A DNA stretch of 63,923 nt, the filler included, from Nemertoderma westbladi (Eukaryota > Animalia > Xenacoelomorpha): the NCBI GenBank assembly GCA_032718475.1. It is 4 parts of 4 records of this genome, joined end to end, with 100 filler letters (N's around TTAATTAATTAA, not from the genome) between each part and the next. Parts side by side here need not be neighbours in the genome. Positions count along the whole stretch, not along the records: positions 41,362 to 57,912 come from JAUCBJ010006984.1; positions 58,013 to 63,923 come from JAUCBJ010004793.1; 2 more parts are not named here. The stretch is one strand, 5' to 3'. Below, one piece after another: positions 47,288 through 63,923 of the stretch. A program made the translations under genes and the position numbers. How positions within the stretch are numbered: position 1 is the stretch's first letter; every line of letters starts with the position of its first letter. Under the pieces are notes generated by a model. That model saw only the letters and a list, made by a program, of their open reading frames with translations. It did not search any database and was not told the DNA's origin.

Positions 47288-47945
47288 TACGACTACTACT
47301 ACAATCGGCATGCTGCATTGCAGCTGCATTATATATATATAATACATATATATTAAGAATGCTGTGCTGGCTTGTCGACAAAATTGCGCCGCCACTACTC
47401 CCTATCTCCCATGACATTTGCTAGATCATCCGCATCTTCAAGGCCAGTGTCCTTTAAGATGCATCTCAAGAAAGTCATGGGCTATCCACCATGCTTATTC
47501 GCTCCATGTGGCCACATGTGTTCATTGTACTTGTCACAATGAACCTGGAGCAGCATTCTTGTGAAAATGACATTTCTTGAGGGCTGTCTAGGTTCACTGT
47601 CATGATTTTGGTCTTCTTGGTATTTATAAAAAGACCAACACTAGACGCAACCTGCTCCAATGAGCAGATGAGTCTTTGGGCTCCCTTTAGTGATTCTGAC
47701 GGTGCCCCTAAGTCGTCAGCAAAGTCTAGATCAGTAAGGAAGGTACTTTGCTGGATTTCCTCTTCTTCTTGTGCCAGTAGGAGGTGTTACCATCATCCCA
47801 TCTTTATTAAGATGGTCTAAGGACATGCGTAGAACATAATCAACCACAGTTACGAATAAAAATGGTGTAAGTGTGTCACCCTGAAAGACTCCCCATAAGA
47901 CTTCGAAAGGACCTGTGTCACCATTAGCAGTAGATACAAATGTTG
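47288..47945 (-). mobile_element. RTE family B fragment with internal deletion and (TAG)n tail
   Basis: GVFQGDTLTPFLF, LDFADD; 3' end TGCAGCATGCCGATTGTAGTAGTAG. Confidence 0.85.
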
Positions 47946-48777
47946 CCGTTATTCCCGACACGGAACTTTCAGACCGCTATGTCCCGGCCAGTCACCGGAT
48001 ATTGGGAGTGGAGAAGGACGTTGTCTTAAATGCAGAGTAGAAAAAGAGTTTTGTTGGTTGGATATTAATCTATATTTGATCGACACTCTGAACTCTGATT
48101 TGCACTCTGAAATATTGCACTCTGTTACACTCTGATTGAGAATAATTTGGGCTTCCCCACACCAATATACCAAATATTCACAACAATACACAATATGAAA
48201 TTCCTACAGTAAATTATTTACTTACCCCACTGCCACTGTTACCCCCTAAAAAACGAGCCCAACCATTTGATGAAGTCTACCCAAATTTTTTTAAATGTGC
48301 CAAGTCTGCACGAAACATCTATGCAGGGTAGCCGAGTCATATATATAATTCCTACGGGGTCATAGGCTGGAGCCTGTACTAATATGTAAAATGTTCTATA
48401 AACATCTTATAAATGTTTTCCAATGAACAATTTTGTTTTTTCAACAAAATACATGTTCTAGAACATTAGCTATAAATAGCTAATTTCAACAAATAATTAA
48501 CAAATAAATTAATTAGTTAATAATTATTAACAAATATTGTTTATGTATCTATGATAGCATTGTTCATTTGTAAAATTTTGCAGTTAAATTATTTTACTTT
48601 TTTCGCCGGGAAAAAAAGTATTATCAGTACAATCCTATGGGTTAAACTTTTTTTCCCGATTTTGGTGTAAATTCGAGCGAAAAACTAACAATTAAAGCAT
48701 ATAATTCCTAATATTATTTTACGTATAAAAACATGTGATCCAACGGCTCCTAATCGGTTCGTTAAAATATCTTTCAG

Positions 48778-48926
48778 GTACTCAAATAGATCTCCGGGAC
48801 GACGCAAATACGACGGACAAAATGGCTAAAAATCGTCAGAAACCGACGACGTTCGAGGGGGGAGAGAAGCTCGCGAAGGAGATGAAAGCCGTGAAATACG
48901 TCGAGTGCAGTGCGTTAACGCAGAAG
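48778..48926 (+). CDS. CDC42: Cdc42 GTPase, penultimate coding exon
   Basis: [37 protein letters not shown]; TTTCAG acceptor, GTAAGG donor. Confidence 0.95.
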
Positions 48927-49163
48927 GTAAGGTAATGAACACTGCAATTTAAACGGAACTGAATTTATTAAGTGCAATAATTAGGCAATTTGAAACTGAA
49001 ATTAGTTTTAGATTTTAAGTAATAAAATGAAACTGAAATTCGTTGAATTTAATGTCGATGTTCTGAACTAATGGGGTTGATGGTAATAATTTTTAGAGTT
49101 TTATTTTTCTAATGTTTGGGCCGTTGTTGTTGTGATGGGCCAGATATGTCGGGCCAAGACTGA

Positions 49164-49376
<213 letters not shown>

Positions 49377-52044
49377 CCATAGTAACGATAAACTTTCCAG
49401 AACAACTCTATTTAATACTTAGTAAAAGCTGCTAAAGTTGTCTCAGTAGATGTTGAGTAATACCTTAGATATGCTGCTTTTATATTTATATTAAGGTGCT
49501 CGTAAAAGTTACACACATAAGTTAATGATAGTCTAGTCGCTACTTATAAGGGGCGAGACAGAAGTGTGAGGCATTAGCGGACTGTTTCTATTATATTAGT
49601 AAATTATTTTAAATTAGTTATAATAATTAGCTTAGAGTTTTACGAGGGCTCCACACCTGTACAATAATTACACTAAAGTATAGCGCAACTATATTCTACA
49701 ATAGTCTCATGTTTGTTTACTTAAGACTGTCACAATTGTTTCATTGGTAGAATATTATTATAGCAGTGATATTGATTTTTTAAGGCAATAAAGGTGAATC
49801 GTTTCAATGTGTTACCTTGTAACTTATTAGTATAACCAAACCGTCATTGAGTAGATCAAATACAGTCATTTGTGTAGAAAAGTTGTAAACACAGACACAG
49901 TTTATTGTTTACTTGTTTACAACAACTTGTTGGGCTCTTTTATATTTTTCTCAGGATTTCCTGCAGTTCATTGTTTGCTTACCTATACAGATATTTTTAA
50001 TTAAATCCCCGATACCCTGAAATCAATCGTTAGTAAACTATACCATCTCCAGTTACTTGGACCCCCCCGTCTCTCCATATTTTTTACAAATCTTATGAGA
50101 TTGCTTGAACTTTGAATCATTAACTAGTGACATTATTGTGCGAAAAGTATCACTTTGCTATGAAGTGCTATGAATGGCCTCGCGCCAGAATTACGACACT
50201 ATAAAGGGACATGACATGGTGTATATCGAGTTTACATATCCTATTGTACAATTTTATGAGTGAAACTAAACTAAAGATTCTTTTTAATTAATCCAAGAAT
50301 GTTTATTAGAATATTTTTCAGGTGTCAATTTCGTTGTATTTTTATGGCCGTATTGACGTATTGTTTACAGCAAATTTAAGTTTAATTTAACATTTTAATT
50401 TATCCATCTTTTGGTAATAGTTTTATGTGACTTGTGTAATAAAAACAGGTTTTTTGTATTCAATAAATACTCTAGTATTTTTTACATTAAATATTATTAA
50501 TGTTACGAATTGTATTGTTGCCACATTCTGGTTTTATTTCATTATCAATGCGTCTCCTAGTCAAGAATGCTATAATTATTTAATTAACATTATGATATTT
50601 GGCTGTTGTTAATCAATATGAACCGAAATACCACTGAAGGTATTTTATTAGAGCGAATGACTTGTTTTAGGGAAACTGATATTTTTATACGGTTGTTGTA
50701 TTAAATATTCAAGGGTTCAGTATGAAATAATAAAGGTTTAACACTATCAATTAATTATTATGTTTTATTTAATAAAATATTATACAATTTTTGTATCTCA
50801 ACCAAATATTTTCACTCCATAATCAACGCAACGCGTTCTGGTCGTAATGCCATTTTATATAAAATCACATTAACGAGTAACTTCCCTAAAGAGTTATAAA
50901 GAGTTTTTTACATATTAATAATCCTGAATAACGTAGCTTTCCAATAAGCTATCAAACATAAATTTTCGCTTAATAGAACTAAAGGTACACATGTTTTTAT
51001 ACACAACAATATGAATATTGTTCATCAAATTATTATTTTACAATTTTACAAAATAAATCAACTGGGATATGGAGACGGCCAACCAATGAGAACCCTTGAA
51101 TTTCCCGATGTCAATGAATCTCTATGGGCCGGTTCATTGTGTTAGTAGGAGAGCAGCTATGGAGAGAATTCATCTTCGGAATGAAAATAAACCCGGTTGA
51201 GTTGGATTAATTACATTCTCGTTCACTACATATACTAATATTTTGCATTGTGTTCTGGATTGCTTCTTTTAATAACACTATTTAAAGTTGATAAGTTATT
51301 GCACTTCCTTGTAATAAATGTTAAAATCAGTTCAACTTTCTACTATATCAGTTAATACAATATTAGTATTAGTATTTGTTTGTACTAATAAACGATCTAT
51401 ATGTAAACTTATGGTTATTATTATTATTTTTAGGACAGAAAACGACATTGAAGAAGCTCTAAACAATGCATCTACTACCACAAACACTGCCAATGGACGC
51501 GTTTCTACTCTATTGTTATGATCTTGGAACCGCAAAGGAAACTACTACACTGTCTGGGATTATAATAAAACTGTTAAAAACCGAATGACAATTATTATTA
51601 GTGCTGCTTAATTAATTGCTGATGTGAACTTCGTATTTAACTGAACTGATATTATGTTATATGTATGTTTAAAATATTTTGTTTATATCTCAGTTGTTGA
51701 CATTACCAATAATTAACTATTAATTCTTATATAACTAATTTTTCAAATCATTTTTCAATTCATGTCAAATACGTTGTGTTTAAACCCCAATATATCCATA
51801 AGAACAAAAGGTATGTAAAAACGGTTACTGTATTTGGAATCTGCGGTTAATTTAACACTAGAAGAAGTATCACAAGTGAACTTTTCTCTAAGTGTTGCAG
51901 GAAAATATACCTTAAATCTCGTAAAATTTCAACAAAACGTTGTGATTGAACCGAAACATTGCGAGAACTACAAATCATATTTGTAAACTGTTTCCATATT
52001 ATTTTGAATCTGCAGTTAATTTCACAGTAGAAGAGTATCATGTA

Positions 52045-57912
<5,868 letters not shown>

Positions 57913-58012
57913 NNNNNNNNNNNNNNNNNNNNNNNNNNNNNNNNNNNNNNNNNNNNTTAATTAATTAANNNNNNNNNNNNNNNNNNNNNNNNNNNNNNNN
58001 NNNNNNNNNNNN
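57913..58012. other. Artificial contig linker
   Basis: 100-bp N/TTAATTAATTAA spacer. Confidence 0.97.
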
Positions 58013-58271
58013 AAAGTCGGCTCCGAGGAGAGGCTGGGCGACATCAGCTGTGAGAAACTTCCACTCGAATCGTCGAGTGTGGAAGTTGAGTTTAACTTTG
58101 CGACCACCGTAAGTGTGGATAAAAGTTTTATTGGCAGCGAGGAGGGGAGGACCGCTCTGTCCCGAACGCACCTCACGAGTTGTCGCCGGAATGACGCTGA
58201 CCTCGGCCCCAGTATCCACCAAGAAGCGTTGCCCGGAATCGCGGTCCCAGGCAAATAGTAGCAGATCGGGG

Positions 58272-58318
58272 TGGCCGGCCGTGGTAACTGCGATTAACGG
58301 CCGGCCAGGGCGTTTCCC
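58272..58318 (-). promoter_or_regulatory. -1 ribosomal frameshift signal at the gag-pol junction
   Basis: Slippery heptamer GGGAAAC (58318-58312) followed by an 11-bp stem TGGCCGGCCGT/ACGGCCGGCCA. Confidence 0.8.
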
Positions 58319-58992
58319 TGGAAATTACAGGGTGGTCGACACTTCTTGGCTTTTGACCCAAACCTCTGGTGAAAGTAACACCAGTCAGAGTTGGAGTTCA
58401 ACGAGTTTGGAATGGGGTTTGGCGGCGCAGTTCTTCGGCTCAGTTCGGTGTAGGAAGGCTTCGGTTTGAGGACGGCATTGGTATTGACTGCGTGGACTGA
58501 GTCCTGCCCCGCGGCTTCCCACAAGGCATCAGCCCGCTCACCAACCTTGTCTAGGTTGCTGAAGTCTTCCTCCGCAAGTTGGAGGCGGATGGCTGTGGGC
58601 ATTTGGCGGAGAAACGCCTCTTCGAAAAGGAGGCACGAATGGTCATCACCGAGCAGTGCCTGCATTTCATCCAGGAGGTGCGATGGACGGCGGTCGCCGA
58701 GTCCGTTTAGGTCCCAGAGCCTTGCGGCACGGTCGCGCCGTGAGAGGCCGTATGTTTTAATGAGTTTCGCCTTTAGGGAGTTATATTTATCTCCGGCTGG
58801 AGGATCTCGTATTAGGTTGAGGAGCCGGCTGGCGGTGTCTTGGTCCAAAGCACCCACGACGTAGTAGTACTTCGTGTCATCCGCTATGATACTACGGATA
58901 TTAAATTGTGCCTCGGCCTGGGCGAACCATACCTCAGGCTGGGAAGTCCAGAAGGAGGGAAGTTTCAGGGAGACTGCGATCGCTTCAACCAT
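58294..58992 (-). CDS. Gypsy Gag
   Basis: LKLPSFWTSQPEVWFAQAEAQF, LGDRRPS.LL, CYFHQRFG..AKKCRPPC. Confidence 0.9.
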   Translation of the reverse strand: MVEAIAVSLKLPSFWTSQPEVWFAQAEAQFNIRSIIADDTKYYYVVGALDQDTASRLLNLIRDPPAGDKYNSLKAKLIKTYGLSRRDRAARLWDLNGLGDRRPSHLLDEMQALLGDDHSCLLFEEAFLRQMPTAIRLQLAEEDFSNLDKVGERADALWEAAGQDSVHAVNTNAVLKPKPSYTELSRRTAPPNPIPNSLNSNSDWCYFHQRFGSKAKKCRPPCNFQGNALAGR

Positions 58993-59074
58993 GGTTGTTG
59001 ATTTGGTTGAGAAAGTTCGTTAGTGATTCGGTCGCATCGGTTCTTTTGGGGTTTTCTCAAAAATTCGTTTTGAG

Positions 59075-59088
59075 ACGCCGGGTCACCA
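59075..59088 (-). promoter_or_regulatory. Primer binding site, tRNA-Trp-like
   Basis: TGGTGACCCGGCGT, 1 nt after the LTR CA; imperfect complement of the tRNA-Trp 3' end. Confidence 0.65.
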
Positions 59089-59859
59089 ATGTAGCAACTT
59101 ACAATATCGTTAAAACATATTAATTTGATTCTCAGTAAGTTGTTATATTAATACGGTCAGCGCTGTCAGATAAGCTGATTATACTAGTGTTGTTGTTATG
59201 TTGCTAAGCAACATACCAATCTCCTATGTACTAACAGCTGTAGTCCTAATCTCAGCTATATGGGGAGGTGAGATAGGTCCTACTATTTAGAGTATTGTCC
59301 AGTAATTGTGACTCCGCCACACCATTCGATTTGCCATATCTGAAAACCTCGGCAAATATACTTAATTTCAAATTTTCATGTCTGGGAAGAAATTCTAGCT
59401 CGACAAACCGATTGGGACAAGTCCATCCTACAGTAGGACCCAGTCGGTGTAGTCTGGGACACTGATGATGACCAGTCGTCTGAAGGAAGTGTCTGGTTCT
59501 GAAACAAACAAACTGGTAATATAAATATAAAAATAGAACCCAATAACCCAAACAATTAAGTTATTCCCACATTATACAATTAAATAGTTATATATTTTTA
59601 ATAACAAACAAACATTGAAAAAACGGAAAACAAAATTTGAAATGTTGTTCTAAAATATTTTTTAGTATTACTGTAGAGTTCATCATTTGGTAAAGTACAA
59701 CTTTTACATTAACATTATATAAACGTAATATATTTCAGATATAATGATAGAATAGTTATTAATATATATGCAATAAATATATATAAACGTGACATTCACT
59801 AAAGAAATAATACATTGTATTTATAAAATAACAACCTCCTCAATTCTCCTACCACAAAT

Positions 59860-60530
59860 TCTCTAACACCAAGCGATTTTGGGTCAGAGGTCTTTAATGA
59901 TATATGACGGTTTATAGGCTGTTCTGAGGGTAATGGTGGCTCATACGTGATGGCTGTACAGACCACTACATTATTGCAACTTTCCTCGTCCATAGAGAAC
60001 TCGTCCATATAGAACTCCTGTTCGGTACTTCCCCTCATGTCATAAGGGGAATAATCGGTAAATTGAACCTTTATTTCCACATGGGGGTCTATATCCTTCT
60101 GATGCAATAGGTAGTGATGTTTTCCATTACACTTAACACATTTGTAGGTGTCCTGTAAATTACACTTGCTTCTATTATGTCCAGCGCACAAGCACAGAAA
60201 ACATACACTTAAAGAGGTTACAGTTTCTCTCCGTTTTTCCAAAGACATTCCAATAAAGTCTGGACACTGCAGGAGCTGTTATAAGTTGTTGATTTAATTA
60301 TCGGTTTTAGTTGTTTCAGGCCTTTACGCTGTTGGTCGCTGTGTTTCTGGCTATCTGAGATATGATATGAGTTTTCACTTTCTTCGGATTCCTCCTCACA
60401 GTTTGATAGATCAGTTTGATAAACTTGCTCCCGACGCCTAGTTGGGGTTGTTATGTCGGATTTCGAATCTAGGTAACGCTCGCGCCGCTGAGTAATCATC
60501 AGCAATGAGGATTCATAATTGAGATATTCC
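59860..60530 (-). pseudogene. BEL/Pao gag Cys/His fragment
   Basis: MSLEKRRETV..CFLCLCAGHNRSKC..CVKCNGKHHYLLH. Confidence 0.75.
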
Positions 60531-60944
60531 AGGATTACCGGCTACACATTGATGACATAACAGAATATATAAATACTGATAATGGCACATTTCTGTTATG
60601 TTTTAGCCATTTGGATATTTTGTGCCATGCCAAATACATGTGCCACATACTATAAAGTGGCACTTCTGTGCCACTACATATTTTGAAACTATTTTTAATC
60701 GCATCAGCACCTTAGAAAACCTATAAATAACGATAATGGCATATTTCTGTTAAGCTTTAGCGATTTAATTTATTATTATTATTTAACGGCTTATTATTAT
60801 CACAGCGCTACTTTGATCAAAGCTCACGTTCCCATGGTAGTATTTTATGGTAGTATTCCCATGGCAGTTAATCACTTAATATCTGATCATCTGATGGCAA
60901 GCATTACCATTACTCATATTAATATCCATTGTCAAGCATTCACC

Positions 60945-61362
60945 CCTATTAATGTTTGTGCCCCTGATTAATGTGAATCCATCATTAATGTTTGTGTTCC
61001 CGATTTATTTTAGTGTCTATGATTACTGTTTTAGTCCCTTATTAATGTTTGTGTCCCTCATTAATCATTGTTGTATCCCTCATTAATGTTTGTCTCCCTG
61101 ATTAATATGTGTCTCTCATTAATGTTTGTGACCCTGATTAATGTTTGTATCCCTGTTTAATGTTAGTGTCACTCATTAAAATGTTTGTGTTAATGGTTTG
61201 TGCCCCTTAATGTGTGTCCTTGATTAATGTTTGTATCCATGATTAATGTTTGTGTCCCTAATTAATGGTTTGTGCCCCTTATTGTGTGTCCCTCATTAAT
61301 GTTAGTATCCCTGATTAACATTTGAGTCTCTCATTAATGTTTGTATTCCCTCAATAATGTTT
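60945..61362. repeat. Degenerate tandem repeat, about 20-bp unit ATTAATGTTTGTGTCCCTG
   Basis: Directly visible. Confidence 0.85.
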
Positions 61363-61789
61363 TTTTCCTGGCCACAATACAAACCAGTATATAAATAATG
61401 AGAAATTACGGGGTTTTACCAGGTTATTGTTTCTGGTTTATATTGCTGGTCTTGCTACTAGTAGTTGGTTCTGGTAGTTTGAATGATAACTATTATATAC
61501 AGTTTCTAAAGGCAAAGGCCTTAAAAGGGTATCTGTAGGACTGAATGTCTATATCGACACACCGACTTAAGAGGGTTTCTAATGCACATAGCATACCATT
61601 CACCATTCAAACCTCCAGTAAGTGAGGATGTCACTCCAGCTGATATATATAGTGTCGGGATAGATTTGGCTTTATCTCAGTGATGCTTCCATTTGGCGCT
61701 CCTGCGCATTGTATATAAATGAATAATAATAATAATAAATAAATACTATGAGATGAAACATATCTACAAGAGTTTTGCTGAAAAAAGAG

Positions 61790-62351
61790 GGGAATAATAA
61801 AGTGGGGCTTTTGTTTTGTTAAATAGCAGAGTTGTTCCACTGTCTGGAGAATGGTAAATGGTTTGAGTCCATGCATCATCTTTTGATCAAAAGGGAAATC
61901 GTCTTCAGGTGTGTTTGTAACCGGTGGTTCGCCATTGTCAAACCTCAGCTTTCCACTATCAATCATAACATGATTTGCATATGTAGGATCCTGATATGAT
62001 ATGTTGTGTTAAAATATATGTTATGACATTGGTTGCTTTCTTCCGTCACTCTTGCCGAGAAACTCGTTTATTTTTCTTGCTTGTAACAACCTTTCTATAA
62101 TATTCCTCAAGTTCCCTTCGTATTTTTTTCTTTATAGCTCTTTCTGTAATTATGTGTTGGATTGTAAATGCTTTCGACCAAATGTCTATTAGTTTTTTTG
62201 TATAGGCATGGATGACAGTTTTTCTCAAAGCCTGTTCTTTGCTTTCAACTGGTGACCCGCCAGGTGCCAACTCCATGATAGAGGAAACTACATTGTAAGT
62301 AGTTGGGAGCTGGTCTTGAAATGCAAAATTGAATTGTAGCACATTACTCAT
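61790..62351 (-). pseudogene. Internally deleted DNA-transposase remnant (hAT-like, family uncertain)
   Basis: N-terminal QLPT..IWSKAF..IKKKI..LEEY; C-terminal-like EPPVT..LQTVEQ. Confidence 0.4.
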
Positions 62352-63923
62352 AATTCAATATCTATTATTAAATTAAGTTTACTTACTTATGCCTAATCCC
62401 TAACTAGGTCTAGGTTCATCATGCTAAAATGTAGGGGATTGATCATATGTTCAGTAGGCTACAAATTTCAGGAGGCTACTTATGTTGTCTTGGTATACCA
62501 GTCAGTAGGATACTTTAGTGTTGTTGTCTATTCAAGCAATACACCCTCAAACAGTCACAACACAAACTCAACATTTAAATTTGCCTCCAGGGTCGAAATA
62601 CTACAATACACTTGCTGATATATAGGCTACAAAATATAGGAGGCTTCTAATGTTGTCTAAGGTATGGTACCGGTCCGGTAGGCTACTATAGTCTATTCAG
62701 GTACCGGTATTGAAACCCTCAAACAGTCATAATACAAACTCCACATTTAAAATTGCCTCTATGACCATAATATCATGTTGTTATAATTATTATATACTAG
62801 CAATCAACTGATGAATTAGTCTTTATGCTTAGTGTACCAGTACGGTAAGTGCTAAAAATTGGCTAATTCTCGTATTGGCATATGCTGACTTTGAACTATG
62901 TGCAACACTCGAATTTGACTCAAAATTGATTATTTTTCTTAAATTTGTGATCAGTGAAGGTCATTTTTTGAAATTAGCTGGTATTCATGTTAATCTGAGA
63001 ATGTGACCTGCTACCTCCTACCTCTACCTCACCCACAAGGTGGCACTGGGCAATCGATGTTAGTGTTTTATTTTGAAGCTGAATAATGTAATGTAATGTA
63101 ATGTAATGTAATTGTAAAAGCCTTAGGGTTTCAAACGCAACAAAGTTATTATCATTGTTAGCTAGTATAAACTAATATTAAATAACGAAAAATAAAATTT
63201 TGTGATCAGTCATGTCGAATAGCTTCTCAGGTACATTATAGTCAACTGGGATTGACAAAATCGAACAGTTGTCCGAATACTGTATGGGAGGGATATGCTA
63301 AATAAAGTGCAATTTATTTTTTGTTTTTAGGGACCTTTCATCTGGAATGACATTCATAATCATGCAGCTCACCCCCGCCGAAGCCGCGAGATTCTACATA
63401 AATGGCATCGGCATGGGGTCTTTCGTCGCACTTCTTGAGCCGGGATTCCGTGGTGGGGAGTTGACCCGTCTCCCCGCCATTAGCTCCAGACTCCCCCCCC
63501 CCCCGTTCACCGACCACGGCCAGCTGCCTTCCCGCAGCATGTTATCACTTTTGAGGCCCCGGAAGGAGAAAGAGAGAGTTTTTTAAAGTTTCTGAAAGGG
63601 AGGGGGGGGGGGGGTTGTTGATAAAAATGTAATGTATTACAGTATGTACACAAGCTACACTCATTTATGAATATTCCCATGTCAATGACACTTATTATAC
63701 ATTTTATATTCTAGACAACAATGAAGAGAGTATGCGGAGGGGGGCTGTTTGCCATGGGTTAAAAGGGACCAGCGGCCAATGCCCCTGTTTCCGTCAACCT
63801 GGCCCGGCCATCTGGGCCATTGAGGGCGACGTTCTCCTGCCGCCCGTATACGATGGATAAGGGCGACGTGTACTGCCACATGTGTTTTCATTGTGGCAGT
63901 TTACGTCGCTCTTCTTCACCGGA

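Larger units (their letters stand above)
58013..59260 (-). mobile_element. Ty3/Gypsy LTR retrotransposon 5' part (LTR, PBS, gag, protease)
   Basis: LTR end ..GCTACA at 59090, PBS, gag and FLVDTGAEVSVIP..LLGADF. The outer LTR end (about 59260) is uncertain. Confidence 0.85.

Noticed and set aside
51159-51585. Small two-exon gene downstream of Cdc42
   Set aside because: Splice-like sites exist but the joined frames stop early and show no homology.
59252-59551. Exon-like ORF beside the Gypsy LTR
   Set aside because: No recognisable motif in any frame.
63330-63923. GC-richer ORFs at the window end
   Set aside because: Short, no motifs, truncated by the window.

Overview
Repeat-dense DNA from an animal (probably invertebrate) genome. 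It consists of four contigs joined by three artificial 100-bp N/TTAATTAATTAA linkers, so adjacency across linkers is unproven. Host genes are few: the last two coding exons of Cdc42, one phase-1/1 calcium-binding EGF exon and a decayed ALDH3 copy. Almost everything else is nested transposable elements. These are an IS3EU-like DDE transposon, a CR1/L2-group LINE, two RTE LINE families with (TAG)n tails, a CRE-like RT/REL element, two BEL/Pao elements plus a gag fragment, a Ty3/Gypsy 5' half, and four non-autonomous TIR elements with readable TSDs (Tc1/mariner-, EnSpm-, hAT- and Chapaev-like). There is also a GTACCG-based satellite with a 642/648-bp higher-order repeat. The standout is a BEL/Pao retrotransposon carrying an intact 889-aa extra ORF between pol and the 3' LTR. 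That ORF has a WRN/Mut-7/EXD-like DEDDy 3'-5' exonuclease domain and three CCHC zinc knuckles, a candidate element-encoded RNA-processing or anti-silencing factor. The second highlight is a SENP/Ulp1 SUMO-protease domain at the front of the CRE-like element. All calls are by eye from motifs; no database search was run.
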